Positions 52,448 through 64,000 of a stretch of 64,000 nucleotides of DNA are shown one piece after another. Source of the stretch: Camelus ferus (Eukaryota); NCBI RefSeq assembly GCF_009834535.1, contig NC_045696.1, forward strand, positions 59,770,001 to 59,834,000, read 5' to 3'. Within the stretch, counting starts at the first letter, position 1. Every line of letters begins with the position of its first letter. Below the pieces are notes generated by a model. The model was not told the DNA's origin. It saw nothing but the letters and a program-made list of their open reading frames with translations, and made no database searches. Made by a program: the position numbers and the translations under genes.

Positions 52448-53272
52448 GTAAGCTGCTCAGGCTTGGCTGAACCAGGGCGGGGTTGGGAAACTCCGGCCAA
52501 GATCGCCACATTCAGAAACTCCAGCCTGTCATCCATCCACAGATGCCCCCGCTCAGCACTGTCCACCCCTTCTGGACAGGGACGGTGGCCTCAACAGAGC
52601 CATTAGCTTCTTACCAAGTTCTCATGAGCACCTTGGTGGAGAGGAGCGGAGCTGGCCGGCGCGGGGACTGCTTGTCGCGCCTGCTCGTGCATGAGGCCTC
52701 TGTAACACGGGGGCTGCTTCAGAAGCTGCGGGCCTCCTTCCGGGTCCCAGGAGCTGGCTGTGCCCACACTCTTCCTCACCGGTCCCTGGAGACTTGCTAA
52801 GGACCCTCACCTCGTAGCCTCTGCTCCCGGTCCCAGAGGTCTGGCAAGCACCTCAGAGTATTTCCTTTGCTGGAGGAGAGGCAACATCGTTACTTGGAGA
52901 GAGCCCTCGACTGAGCATTTGCAGATCTGAGTTGAGGGCCCAGCCCGTGGGATTGTTTGTGTCTTAGGGGAGGGAAGCCCTTCTTTCCTGACTTGGCCCT
53001 GGAGTGGGATGGAGAACAGAAAACCCATTCCAGCTTGTCCCTGGGACTGGGGTGAGGACACAGGGTGTGACATCTCGACATGTAAGGAGGAGATGGTGAG
53101 GGGTGCTCTGTGTTGGTAATAACAAATGAGCAGTTGGGTAGGCCATTCCACACAAGATTCTAAAACTTTACTGGCAATCACAGAGACCTGCCTTCCTTGC
53201 CTTTGAACCCTGATCCAGAGCATCCCACTTCTTTGGTCCCTTTTTTCCTCACGTAGCTCCCTTGTGTTCCAG

Positions 53273-53365
53273 GAGGTGAAACAGGAGATAAATCAGAGGC
53301 TGACACTTAGCGACTTCCTTATCAAGCCCATTCAGAGAATAACAAAATATCAGCTGCTCCTCAAG
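53273..53365 (+). CDS. KALRN: KALRN exon, DH2: [31 protein letters not shown]
   Basis: Acceptor ttgtgttccag|GAG, donor AAG|gtaaga; 93 nt; DH CR3 signature [15 protein letters not shown]. Confidence 0.97.
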
Positions 53366-54145
53366 GTAAGAGGGCTGTGAGCCTGGCTCAGGGCCAGAGA
53401 AGGGGCTTCGTCAGGCCTGAGTTAGGGAGCAGGTCAGCGTGGGGATCTGTCTCCACACTTTTCCTGTGAACTAGTTGGGGGCGTGTGTAGGTTTTTGCCT
53501 TACCTGCTGGTTATTTTGTGTCAGCTTTGCCCCCAAATAAATTGCATGGCTCTTATTCTTGCCTTGAAGGTTGGTTGTCACCTGATTTTCTTTTTTCCAA
53601 TTCACATTCTTATTTTGTTGCCATCACTGACTTGGCACCTTTAAAAAATAAAAAGTAAAAATAATAAGAGCATAAAATCAGAGTGGACTACGAGGAGAAG
53701 GGAAAGGAAAGGCAAGGCCCTAGAAACCGTAGATGAGTAATACCTACAATGTGATCGTATTTTACTTCCTAAAATCGTTTAATTTGACTTGTCTTCGAGA
53801 AATCTGAGGCAAGTGGGCGAGGGATTTAACTGTCCTTTCTCCCATTCCTTCTTGTCATCGTCCCCCTTTCGACCCTATTCACACACTTTCTCTCCCCTTC
53901 GCCCCTCCCCCCCTTCCCATAGCTTTGAATCTTTGACTGTTCTGGGGGGTTTTCTCTGTGTTACGATGTTCGCTGTGACCCATAACGTCGTATCTCAGCC
54001 ACTACAAAGCATTGCCATCTCTGTTAGGAGGGAAAGTCTTCTGGGTGTTGTCTTGGTTTTCATGACGTTAGGTTTTTAATAGTGCTCTCTTTTCCTAACT
54101 GATTTCTCCCTCCCCTCACCCTTGCCTGCTTCCCCCACTCACTAG

Positions 54146-54196
54146 GACTTCCTGAGATACAGCGAGAAGGCTGGTCTGGAGTGTTCAGATATCGAG
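54146..54196 (+). CDS. KALRN: KALRN exon, DH2: DFLRYSEKAGLECSDIE
   Basis: Acceptor ccccactcactag|GAC, donor GAG|gtgagt; 51 nt. Confidence 0.95.
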
Positions 54197-55063
54197 GTGA
54201 GTTTTCTGCTTGGAATGCCGGCGGTTCTTAGAGACATTATTGGATGTCTGCCTCTAAAAGGGAAAGATACTGTCAGGGTGACCGAGGGTCCAGGCTGACT
54301 TCTCTCAGACAGCAAGAGCCCCTTGCAAATAGCTGCTTAGCAGGATGAGGACTGGTGAGTAATAAAGAACACATTGAGTGTTTTTCTAGAACTCGAGGAT
54401 TCGATCCTGAGCCAGACCAGAGCAAGCCCTGCCGGTGTTCTCCATGGCTCTCAGTGACTTGTGGTGGGAAAGGGTGGTATTTGAGCCCTCTAATATCCTT
54501 AAGGATTGGGTGCTTCACTGTGCAGTTTTATCCATGAATCCAGGTACAATTTGGGTCGAACATATAAATTATTCCATTTTCACTCCCTCCTCTGCCCCTG
54601 AGGATTACTCCCTAAGTGAAGTCCTTTAAGACAATGTCACCAGGGGGATTATTTTAAGCCAGAGAGGTCCCAGACCATTCTGGCGGGTTATCTTAGGTTA
54701 AAACCTGTTATGTTTCACAAGTGAGGCTAAGCTGTTGCCTGAGCAGCCAGGAAGCAACAAAGAAAGAAAATGCAAGAAGGAAAGGAAATTGATAATCAAG
54801 AGTGGAAAGGTAGGGAAAAGATGGTCTGGATAGCATCCTCCCCACATGTGGTCACTGATTCACGAGGAGCCCCTGTAGATAACCAACGTCTCCCCAACCT
54901 AGAACAGAAAACCCCTCCCTCCTCTGAAGTGGGCAGCAGGGACCGGTGTCCTTTCCTAGGATCGACGAGCCACTGGGAGGCCCCTGTCTACTGGCATGGA
55001 GCTGCCCTGAGCCCCTGCCCGAGGGCTGCTCCCTGTCCTGACCGCTGTTGTTCTTTCCCACAG

Positions 55064-55141
55064 AAAGCAGTGGAGTTAATGTGCCTTGTTCCAAAACGCT
55101 GCAATGATATGATGAACCTGGGACGCCTGCAGGGCTTCGAG
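55064..55141 (+). CDS. KALRN: KALRN exon, DH2-PH2 junction: KAVELMCLVPKRCNDMMNLGRLQGFE
   Basis: Acceptor ttctttcccacag|AAA, donor GAG|gtgagc; 78 nt. Confidence 0.96.
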
Positions 55142-55680
55142 GTGAGCCCTTAAGAAGGCTTCTTAGCCCTCTGTCTTCGGGGCCACAGGAGCCCAGGTGG
55201 TGGGGCAGCTTCCCTTTGAAGCCCCATGCCCGCCCTCCCGGCCTCCTTCACTCACCACCTACGCCTTTGTGCCCGGGCCCCTCTGGTTCACATCCTATTT
55301 AGGATGTCCAGTGATAGGGCAGTCATGGGAAGTCAACCAAGCTGGAGTCAGAATTCCAGTGGGACTGGAAAGACTCTGAATTCTTTCTAACCGTGAACCT
55401 GCCGATGACCTCTTCCCTTTTCTTTCTTGCTTGAAAAATGCTGGGAATGTGAGGGAGAGCAGGACACTGATGGAAGCAGAACCAGAGGGAAATTGTAAAA
55501 CCACCCCCCTTTTTTCTGAGAGGGTGGTTCTAGTAAGCAGATCTGTATAGTGGCTGGCTATTTAGTTAAACGAATATTTAAAGCTCTAAAACATCACAGT
55601 GCACATTTCTCTTCTCTGAAGAGGAGAACCAAGTTTTGCGGGAGACAGCTAGGTGTACCCAGGATTTCGGATTCAGTGAA

Positions 55681-56105
55681 TATGCTAGTGTGCTTGGGCC
55701 GCCATAACCATGTACCACAGACTGGGTGGCTTGAACAACAGAAATTTATCATCTCACGTTTCCAGAAGCTCGAAGTCCAAAATCAAGGTGTGGGCAAGGG
55801 TGGTTCTTTCTGAGTGCTGTGAGGAAAGGGTGGATTCAGGCCTCTCTCCTCAGCTTGTCTTCATGTTCGCCTGGTGTTCTTCCTGCATCTTCACATCGTC
55901 TTCCCTCTGTACACATCTCTGTGTCCAAGTTTCCCTCTTTTCTAAGGACACCGGTCATATTTGATAAGGGCACACCATAGTGACCTCACTGGAACTTGAT
56001 TCCCTTTGTAAAGACTCTACCTTTCAATAAGGTCACATTCTGAGGTACTAGGGGTTAAAACTTCAACATATGAATTGGAGAAGGGATACACTTCAACTCA
56101 TAACA
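55681..56105 (-). mobile_element. MLT1 (MaLR, MLT1B/C-like) solo LTR with 5-bp TSD
   Basis: gccataac...accacagactgggtggcttgaacaacagaaatttat...aataaggtcacattctgaggtactaggggtta...cataaca; TSD GTGAA at 55676-55680 and 56106-56110. Confidence 0.9.
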
Positions 56106-58285
56106 GTGAACCTTTGAAGGGCACGTTGACTTTCCTAATTTAAACTTAATAAGTGCCTATTATTAGTTTATATCCAAACTCCATTTATTAACTAATCATA
56201 ATCTATTTCAAATATTAATATGATATAATAGGAACTGACACAGTTATTGGTTGGTGCTTAATTGTTGTCGAACCCCTTAGAGAAAGATGTGGCTCTTCTG
56301 ATCCTGTTTCCCAGTAATCCTGCAACCTAAGATGTCATTCCTTTCTGGAGAAGAGGGATTTGGTGGGGTGGAGGTGGGGGGCTAAGCTAGAATAGAGAGA
56401 ATAGACTAGACTTAAGGCAGACTAGTGCGTAAGTAATTTGAGGGAAAGCTATATTCAGGATTGGGTTAATGGGTTGGTTTCATGATCTTGAGCCAAATTC
56501 TTTGGTCCTTTTTGCCCTTCCAGCCCTTTCTGGTGTCCCTGTCAGACTTCCCTTGCTCTCTTGTGACCAGGAACTATATGGAGGGTCTTTTTCGCTATTC
56601 ATTCTTTCACAGGTTCCTGTTCTCCACAGTAGACTGCAGCATTTAAGAGCAGGGTCACACTGCAGAAATACACCCCGAGTTCTCACTTGGTGTCTCTTTA
56701 GTCACACTAGATGAAGTTTTTACCCTTGTTCTCTTGGAATTACACTAGATCTGAGGCTATTCTGCACAGGCCAAGTAATTCCTTTTGCTCTTAGTCCTTG
56801 ATGTCCAATGTTTCTCTGAGTTGGAGTCTCACTTGCCTTTCTCTTGGTCTCTGGAGGAGCTGACCGCTGACAGGAGGAACAGCGTCTGATGTGCTGTCTG
56901 ACCCAAGTCAGACTTCACAGGAGCTGTGTGCGTGCATCCATGGAAGGCCACCACAGGAGTGTGGAATGATTTTATCTTTTAAATCAAGCCCCACCATCTC
57001 CTTTTTTCATCAAATCCCAGAGAATCTGCTTTGTATTCCTTCAGCTCATTGGGAAAAACCGTGAACATACTTCAATTCCTTCTGAGGTCCATGGTTTTGA
57101 GCCTGGGAGAAGTTAGCCCCTTCACTCACATTCTCTCCTTTTAAATCCTCTAGCTTTCCCTTTAGCATTGGCAGGGCTTTAACTCATGGGTCAGGCTCTT
57201 ACGTAAAATTAGTAGAGCTTTTAGAGCTGGTCACTGGCTTAATATTAACCAAGGTAGAGATAAGCCTGTTTGGCTGCTGACCTTGACCCAGAGGGCAGGT
57301 GTTTCTCAGGAACAAAAAAGGAAACTGACTTATGTGTTGGGTGATGTTTGCAGTAAGGTGCAGAGAACAGTCCACATTTGCACTAAAGGGCAAGAGTTAT
57401 CACCTGAGAGTACAGCTCAGAGGAGGCCCTCTGGCCACTGTCTCAGACATAAGCATCTTCTTGTTGTGGACAGTAGGAAAAGCAAGGCTCTCCAGTAGCA
57501 TCTGTGAAGACTTGCTGGGTTAGGCTATATTCCCTCTGAAGATGTGAAGGTGTCTCTGAGAATCTGTTTAGAACTGGCAAACCAAATAGGCTCCACCTCC
57601 TAGGCTGGGTGTCCAGTGGTCTGGTAACTGGAGGCATTTTAAGGAGGATTACAGGACCCAGAAAAATATCCATCAGCTTATAAAATATGGGCACCTGTCT
57701 GTGGTACCTCAATTGGACCCATTGCTCTGCAGCAGGAAACTAAGACTGCAGAATTTCCCTATCCTGAAATAATAGAAAAGCGGGGCCCAACTCATCTGAT
57801 TTTTCGTGGTCCTGCCTCCATCACCTCCCTTGGCCACAGGTTGGTCTAGGTTCATGGCTGTGGGAGCCTCCCGGGTCCAGCCCGTGCTGCAAGGGCCAGA
57901 CAGCCACACTTCTCAGAGCTCCGAGGACGGAGAGGCCACTTCAGCCCCAGGGCTCCTTTTAATAAAAAACAAGAAGGGCCAGGATAATTCCTGAGCGTCT
58001 TTTCGGCTAAGAATTTTACCTTCCTTCTGGCGTCTTCCTGGAGTTGCTTCTTAGTGGTTCCATCGCCTTCTTTCCCTTCCCTCCAGGGCCCTGTGTGAAC
58101 AGGAAGGTGGCCACAGTCTGCCCTAGATGACTGGGTGGGTCCTGATTCAATCTCTTACTAGAACTTGAGGCTTTCGCTGTGAGGTCTGTTGTCCATGTCC
58201 CCAGAGGGGGAGGTTTTGCAACCCAGAGGGCTGTAGTGGTCTCCCCATTTTGCACTTAATTCACCCTGGCCCTCCTTTCCATCAG

Positions 58286-58471
58286 GGCACCTTGACCGCT
58301 CAGGGCAAGCTGCTCCAGCAGGACACCTTCTACGTGATTGAGCTGGATGCGGGCATGCCGTCCCGGACCAAGGAGAGGCGTGTGTTCCTCTTTGAGCAAA
58401 TTGTCATCTTCAGTGAACTGCTCAGGAAGGGATCCCTCACCCCGGGTTACATGTTCAAAAGGAGCATCAAG
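58286..58471 (+). CDS. KALRN: KALRN exon, PH2: GTLTAQGKLLQQDTFYVIELDAGMPSRTKERRVFLFEQIVIFSELLRKGSLTPGYMFKRSIK
   Basis: Acceptor cctttccatcag|GGC, donor AAG|gtgagg; 186 nt; ERRVFLFEQ motif. Confidence 0.97.
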
Positions 58472-58842
58472 GTGAGGATCCCAGTGGGGGTGAGCGGGGA
58501 CATGGAGGAGCCACACTGGGGGAGCCACTTCCCCAGGACAGAGGCACTGGCATCATGAGTGAGGATCCAGAACATTGAAGATCTTTCTGCCTAGTGACCT
58601 CTGGGCTTGGAGGTCGAATATCTGTGAGAAGGGTCAGGCTGAGTGCCAGCCTCTAACGTGATCCTACAGGTTCTCCAAGAGCGTATCATTCACTCAAAGA
58701 AACCAAAGTGTTTAAGCTATTAGATCCAGAGCGAATTTTTGGAAACATGTCCTGAAATAAAAACTTGGAGGAATTGTAATATGTTGTTGATTTTTTTTTG
58801 AATCACTTAGATATAAAAAAGAGGCAACTTGGTTTCTTCCAG

Positions 58843-59014
58843 ATGAATTACTTGGTCCTGGAAGAGAACGTGGACAATGACCCCTGCAAGTTTGCACTCA
58901 TGAACCGGGAGACTTCGGAGAGGGTCATTCTGCAAGCCGCCAATGCTGACATCCAGCAGGCCTGGGTGCAGGACATCAACCAAGTCTTAGAAACACAGCG
59001 AGACTTCTTAAATG
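58843..59014 (+). CDS. KALRN: KALRN exon, PH2 end: MNYLVLEENVDNDPCKFALMNRETSERVILQAANADIQQAWVQDINQVLETQRDFLN(A)
   Basis: Acceptor gtttcttccag|ATG, donor AATG|gtgggt; 172 nt, phase 0/1; conserved PH C-terminal helix Trp. Confidence 0.96.
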
Positions 59015-59390
59015 GTGGGTACTGGGCCTGGCTTCTAGCCAAGCCATTTCAGGGCACCCCACACCTCTGAGCCTCCTTGGGTCTGGGCTCGCAGTAAGTT
59101 CTGAGCCCCGATCACATTTATGTGATCTGAAAGCTCGGTAGCTTTCAGAAACACTTTTGTTTAGAAATTTTCTGAACCTGAATATGCAAGTGGACAGACG
59201 GGGCATGATAAAGAAATCCATCTTTTCAGAAGAAAGGGTGATCTCTCGTAGCCTCGACATAGGGGATGTGCCTTGTGGCCTCCACTATCGGCAGGTAATA
59301 ATTGGGGCAAAAGTCTGAAATGGGCACACCCTCTTTGTCTCAGGGGCCAGCTATCAATGACGTATATTTTTCCATTTGGTAACTAATGGC

Positions 59391-60060
59391 TGGTAATCTC
59401 CTAGGTTGTCTAGTGTTATCTAGAGATAACTAGGGGTTTGGCAGATCAGCTCAAATCCCTTTTTCTCCCAACAGATAGGATTGCTAACTCTCAATTTCAC
59501 TAATACCTTGAAACTTCCCAGAACAAACTGACCCGGTTACAGAGACAGGGATGAACTCTGTGGACCTGCAGGAGCACTGTGTGGCCATATGTGCTCACAC
59601 GTTGGCACGCACGTGTCCACCCGTGGGTGGGTCACTTCTTGTTATCTAGAATCTGGATTCTCTCAAATGATGCAGATAGAGCACTTGCTGGGTGTCTGGC
59701 ACAAAACTGAATGCTGTGGGGAAAGATTAAAGGTGACACACTCATTGGGGACGTTGGGCAGGTAGCGGAGTTTCTCTGGGCTTCAGTTGGCTCTTTTGTG
59801 AAAAGGAGAAACGATCTACTCTGCCCCCGGCGGGCAGGTGCCATGGAGTTGCAGCAGCTCTGGAAACAGGAAAACAGGGCACACATCCCATAGAGAGCGT
59901 CAGTCTCTGTGTAATTGTCAGTTTGTTCCGGAAACTTTTAAGGTTATTACCGAAATTGAGAGTTCGCAATCACCTCTGTTGGGAGCAAAAGGGGATTTGA
60001 GCTGATCTGCCAAACCCCCAGTTATCTCCAGATAACACTAGACAACCTGGAAGATGACCA
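59391..60060. repeat. Long imperfect inverted repeat, arms 59391-59546 and 59903-60060, ~356-bp spacer
   Basis: Manual alignment of arm 1 to the reverse complement of arm 2 gives ~22 mismatches and 2 gaps in ~158 columns, with a 27-bp perfect core GGGGTTTGGCAGATCAGCTCAAATCCC. Confidence 0.95.
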
Positions 60061-60589
60061 GGTATCAATGTGGGCCACGGTGAGGGACCTAACACATTGT
60101 GTTTATTTTAAAGCAAATAAAAAGAGATTGTGTAGCAGGATGCTTTGACTTTTTAAAATAGAACATGAGACTTCAAAGCCATTACACACTTAATGGAGAG
60201 TATTTTGGGACCATGCCCCTGATCGCCCAACTGTAAAACAGTTTGGTGAAAAAAAATAAACCAAGTAATCTCTAGGGTTCTTTCTCATTCTAAACTGTCT
60301 AAAATTAACCACAAGCCAGGCCCTGAGGGATTGTAATGAAAGTTGTATATAGTTTACACTTTCTGAGTATACAACTTTTGAATTAACGCTTGTGTGGATA
60401 AAGTAATTTTAAGCAAAAATATGTGCATATAAAATATATTCAGCAAAATGCATCCTATTGGTTAGGAATTTCTGATAGATTCTAAGCTGGAATGAGGTTT
60501 TTAAAAGTTCATTAATTCAGAACAAAGGAAAAATAAGGTAGGACAATAAACCGAAACCGGAAACAATTAATGGCTAATGTAAGTGAGTA

Positions 60590-60830
60590 AAATAATGGCT
60601 CCCATGTACTGAGTCCTTTCTCTGGGGGAGGCACGATGCTAATCATTTCACAGTATTATCACACTTAGTCCTCTCATCAACCTGGGAAGCTAAATACTAT
60701 CATCCTGTATTTTTCAAATGAGGAAAAGGAGTATCAGGGAAGTTAATAAACTTGTCCAAAGTTGCAAAAATAGTGGTTGATAGAACAAGAGCTTGAACCC
60801 AGAACTGGATGACTTGAAATTAGACTCTTA
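60590..60830 (-). mobile_element. MIR SINE
   Basis: ttagtcctctcatcaacctgggaag...caaatgaggaaa...gaagttaataaacttgtccaaagt. Confidence 0.7.
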
Positions 60831-61679
60831 CCCACAAAACTGTAGTGGTCAGGCCACTTTTGTCAATGAGACAAAGTGCGAAACAGGATCAGATGTAAGA
60901 CAGTGTGTCCATCAGCCAGATACAGACCCTGTCAGAAGATGCACGGCTTTCCTGATCCTAAGACCTAAGTTATGAAGATTGAGGCGGGTAGAAGAGTGGA
61001 GGCTCCCTATAGTGCTTATTTTAGAAGACATGCTATTTTCAAGCACGTTAGCCCAGCCATTGCATGTAATCAGGTAATGCCCCAGTTCTATACGATGGGC
61101 ATTGGTTCATCAGATCCGCTCGCTACGGCCTGCGTCACAACCCTCTGCCGTCTACTTAATACTTGGAACTGCGCTTCTTGGGCATAGTCAGTGATTCAGA
61201 CTTTTTATGGTTCCAAGAGACCTTTCACCTAATAACAGTGAATTATGGAGCTATTACTGAGCTAGCATATCAGAACCTAAATATTGAATGCTCTCCAAGG
61301 AGAAAAGTTGAGGTCTGGCTGGAGCCTATCCCATACCTTGACACACTCAAAAGAAGGATGTGATGATGGACTGGGGCCAGGCTTTTACTTATAGACACAT
61401 GTGCAGCCCACTCAGAGCCAACCTTTTCCTCCTGAGGCCTCAAATAGAAAGGAAATGTTGACCGTATCTTGAGTCCTATTGAAGTACATACCTGTTACTA
61501 TAGAGATAGCCTTATAATTGAAAACTGTCTGGGTCCCAGCCATTAAACCAATTAAATATTTGCTACAGCGAACACCAGTAGAAACAGCATAATCAGGCCA
61601 GCCCTGAAGTCACTGTTGGAGAATTTGACCTGTGTGGCTTTTGCCTGGCTGTACCTCTTTAGTACTCAGACCTTGGAAC

Positions 61680-62525
61680 TTTATCTTAAACTCAGTAAAA
61701 CAAAGCTCACATCTTTCCCTTCAAAGCAGCTTTTCTTCTGTCTCCTGAGTTCCATTGACCACTGTTCTCTCAGTCTCCAAACCCGAGCAGCCCTCGATTC
61801 TCGCCAGCTTTCCCGTCTAGGCTGTGTCAGTCTTATCTCCCGCTGGAGCCCTGGCCACACCGCACCCGCTCCGCATTCCCACGGCTCTGCTCTGGGTCAC
61901 CCAGGGCCTCTCCTCTGTTACTATCTCATGCCTCCTAATGACCCTCGCCGGTCCCTCCTCCCACCTGCTACAAGGTTAATGTCCTTCAGGCGCACCCTGG
62001 TGAGATCTGGTGAGAGCGCCTGGATTTCAAACATTCAGGTTCACTTAATTCAGTCACTTGTCATGATCTTCAGAATTAAATCAGACTCATTAGCCTGGCT
62101 TTCTAAATCTTTTAACCATGGCACCTCCAACCTCCTTAACCTGTCTCATCTTCCCTCCCTCTGCAGAGACCCATAGCCCTGTGCTCCAGGGAATCTGACT
62201 CCATCCTGTTCCCCAGACCTGCTTCACACTTGCTTCCTTCCTGCGAGCCTGCATGTCAGGGCCTGAGGGCTGGCGGTTTCTGAAGCTCTTTATTACCACC
62301 ACCGCCTTTCCCTGTGTCCACCACACACACACATCCCACAGAGCCCTCTCTCCCTTCTTTTGTACAACACTTGCCCCTCACACATGGCACCATTTTGTTT
62401 GTGCATTTTCATCACTTAGACAAAACTAAGAAGAGTTCTCAGTAGAATATACATCCCTTAAAAACAAGGGCAGTATCTTCCTCACACATCCTCACTCTTG
62501 CACAAAACCTGTACCTCATAAATGT
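61680..62525 (+). mobile_element. Degraded L2 fragment(s)
   Basis: ttaaactcagtaaaacaaagctc...cttcagaattaaatcagactcattagcctggc...ctcataaatg. Confidence 0.5.
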
Positions 62526-62581
62526 CCAAGTCCTTGGGGGATTTCCAGAGCTTGGAGTAACAGTCTGCTCTTACCCTGCAG

Positions 62582-62820
62582 CACTGCAGTCACCCATTGA
62601 GTACCAGCGGAAAGAAAGGAGCACAGCCGTGATGCGGTCCCAGCCTGCCAGGGCTCCCCAAGCCAGCCCCAGGCCCTACTCCTCTGCCCCCGTGGGCTCC
62701 GAGAAGCCCCCAAAGGGCTCCAGCTATAACCCGCCTCTGCCACCCCTGAAGATATCTACCTCCAATGGCAGTCCGGGGTTTGACTACCACCAGGCTGGGG
62801 ACAAGTTTGAGGCCAGCAAG
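62582..62820 (+). CDS. KALRN: KALRN exon: (A)LQSPIEYQRKERSTAVMRSQPARAPQASPRPYSSAPVGSEKPPKGSSYNPPLPPLKISTSNGSPGFDYHQAGDKFEASK
   Basis: Acceptor ttaccctgcag|CA, donor AAG|gtaagt; 239 nt, phase 1/0; ALQSPIEYQR is the PH extension shared by the Trio/kalirin/p63RhoGEF family. Confidence 0.96.
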
Positions 62821-62895
62821 GTAAGTGACAGCCCAATACTGCCACTCTCACCACCTTAAGGGCGCAGCCTCTGCCTACTTTAGGAAGTAGTATTT

Positions 62896-63516
62896 TGTTT
62901 TTAATTTATTTTTAATTGAAGTATAGTCAGTTTACAGTGTGGTGTCAATTTCTGGTGTGCAGCGTAATGTCCCAATCATACATACACGTACATATATTCG
63001 TTTTCATATGGTTTTTCATTATATGTTACTACAAGGTATTGAATATAGTTCCCTGTACTATATAGTATAAACTTGTTGTTTATTTTATATATAGTAGTTA
63101 GTATCTGCAAATCAACTCCCAGTTTATCCTTTCCCACCCTCTTCACTCCTGGTAACCATAAGTTTGTTTTCTATGTCTGTTGAGTCTGTTTCTGTTTTGT
63201 AAATAAGTTCATTGATGTATTTTTTTTTTTATGATTCCATATATAAGTGATATCATATGGTATTTTTCTTTCTCTTTCTGGCTTACTTCACTTAGAATGA
63301 CAATCTCCAGGTCCATCCATGTTGCTGCAAATGGCATTATTTTATTCTTTTTTATGGCTGACTAGTATCCCATTGTATAAATATACCAACTTCTTTATCC
63401 AGTCATCTATCAATAGACATTTAGGTTGTTTCCATGTCTTGTGCTATTGTATATAGTGCTGCTGTGAACATTGTGGTGCGTGTATCTTTTCAAATTAGAG
63501 TTTCCCCTGGATATAC
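62896..63516 (-). mobile_element. 5'-truncated L1 3' end, 75 nt downstream of the 62820 donor
   Basis: ttgaagtatagtcagtttacagtg...tatagtgctgctgtgaacattg; probable TSD aggaagtagtattt (62882-62895) / aggaagtagcatct (63517-63530). Confidence 0.92.
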
Positions 63517-64000
63517 AGGAAGTAGCATCTTTTTATGCGATCATTTTAGCAGGAATAGCCCACTAAATTCAGACTAGTCTCGATAATTTCTCTTCCTTCT
63601 CCTGCAAATTGAGCTAGTTTGACCAGTTCCCCCTGCTTCAGACACTCCGTGTTAAAGGGCTGTTGTCATCTGCAGAAATGCCATGCAAATAGAAGGTAAT
63701 ATTGTAGTGGCAGTTATAATATATAGCACATCACAGCACATCCATGTGGTGTGGATCATCTAAAAGTCACAACTCCAAGGTTTGACGTCTTGAAGAGATT
63801 GCCCTTTCTAAGAACAAGCTGCTCAAGTGAGCTCACAGTTACTCACCACCTGTGAGCTGTTGCGTCCAGGGGCAGTTGTTCATCGATGTGTGAATGGGAG
63901 AAGCTAGCCTTAGATTAAACATTTATCACAGATCAGCCGCAGTTCAAGCATAACCATGAGGATAGTCATCAGTGTGACTGTAGGTCCAGTCTACACAGCT

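Larger units (their letters stand above)
1..64000 (+). other. KALRN: Internal segment of the kalirin RhoGEF kinase gene; both gene ends lie outside the window
   Basis: Fourteen spliced exons translate without stops to kalirin peptides I recognise ([56 protein letters not shown]). The linker exons distinguish it from the paralogue TRIO. Confidence 0.97.

Noticed and set aside
52358..53275. CAG-GAG tandem acceptors at 52358-52363 and 53270-53275
   Set aside because: Distal GAG acceptors are rarely used, and skipping would delete DH-domain residues
59262..59360. Short similarities to the inverted-repeat flanks (ggggatgtgccttgt; ccagctatcaatg versus ccaggtatcaatg at 60058)
   Set aside because: Too short to separate from chance without alignment statistics
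61616..62176. Longest ORF in the window (186 aa)
   Set aside because: TTG start, overlaps degraded L2-like sequence, no recognisable domain
1..64000. CRISPR array, prokaryotic operon, rRNA gene or CpG-island promoter
   Set aside because: No repeat-spacer periodicity, no dense ORFs and no extended CpG-rich tract; the sequence is typical mammalian intragenic DNA

Overview
Mammalian genomic DNA, most likely camelid (a vic-1-type tRNA-derived SINE is present), lying entirely inside the KALRN (kalirin RhoGEF kinase) gene on the + strand. The first ~30.5 kb is a repeat-rich intron. It is followed by 14 coding exons (30515-62820; 1763 nt, ~588 codons, GT-AG boundaries, phases consistent, no stops) encoding the post-SH3 linker, the second DH-PH (RhoGEF2) module and the start of the following Pro/Ser-rich linker. 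The rest is L1, L2, CR1/L3, MIR, hAT DNA-transposon fossils, two solo LTRs and microsatellites; repeat family names are from recall, not a database search. Most listed ORFs are spurious. Best leads: (1) a ~157-bp, ~85%-identical inverted repeat (59391-59546 / 59903-60060) that would fold the pre-mRNA into a long duplex with UAG A:C mismatches typical of ADAR sites; (2) a candidate TATA-driven micro first exon (ATG 6034, perfect donor after 6049) in phase with the 30515 exon; (3) a 96-nt symmetric exon with a fresh 20-bp duplication upstream and two possible truncating 3' ends downstream. No prokaryotic system, CRISPR array or intact RNA gene was found.
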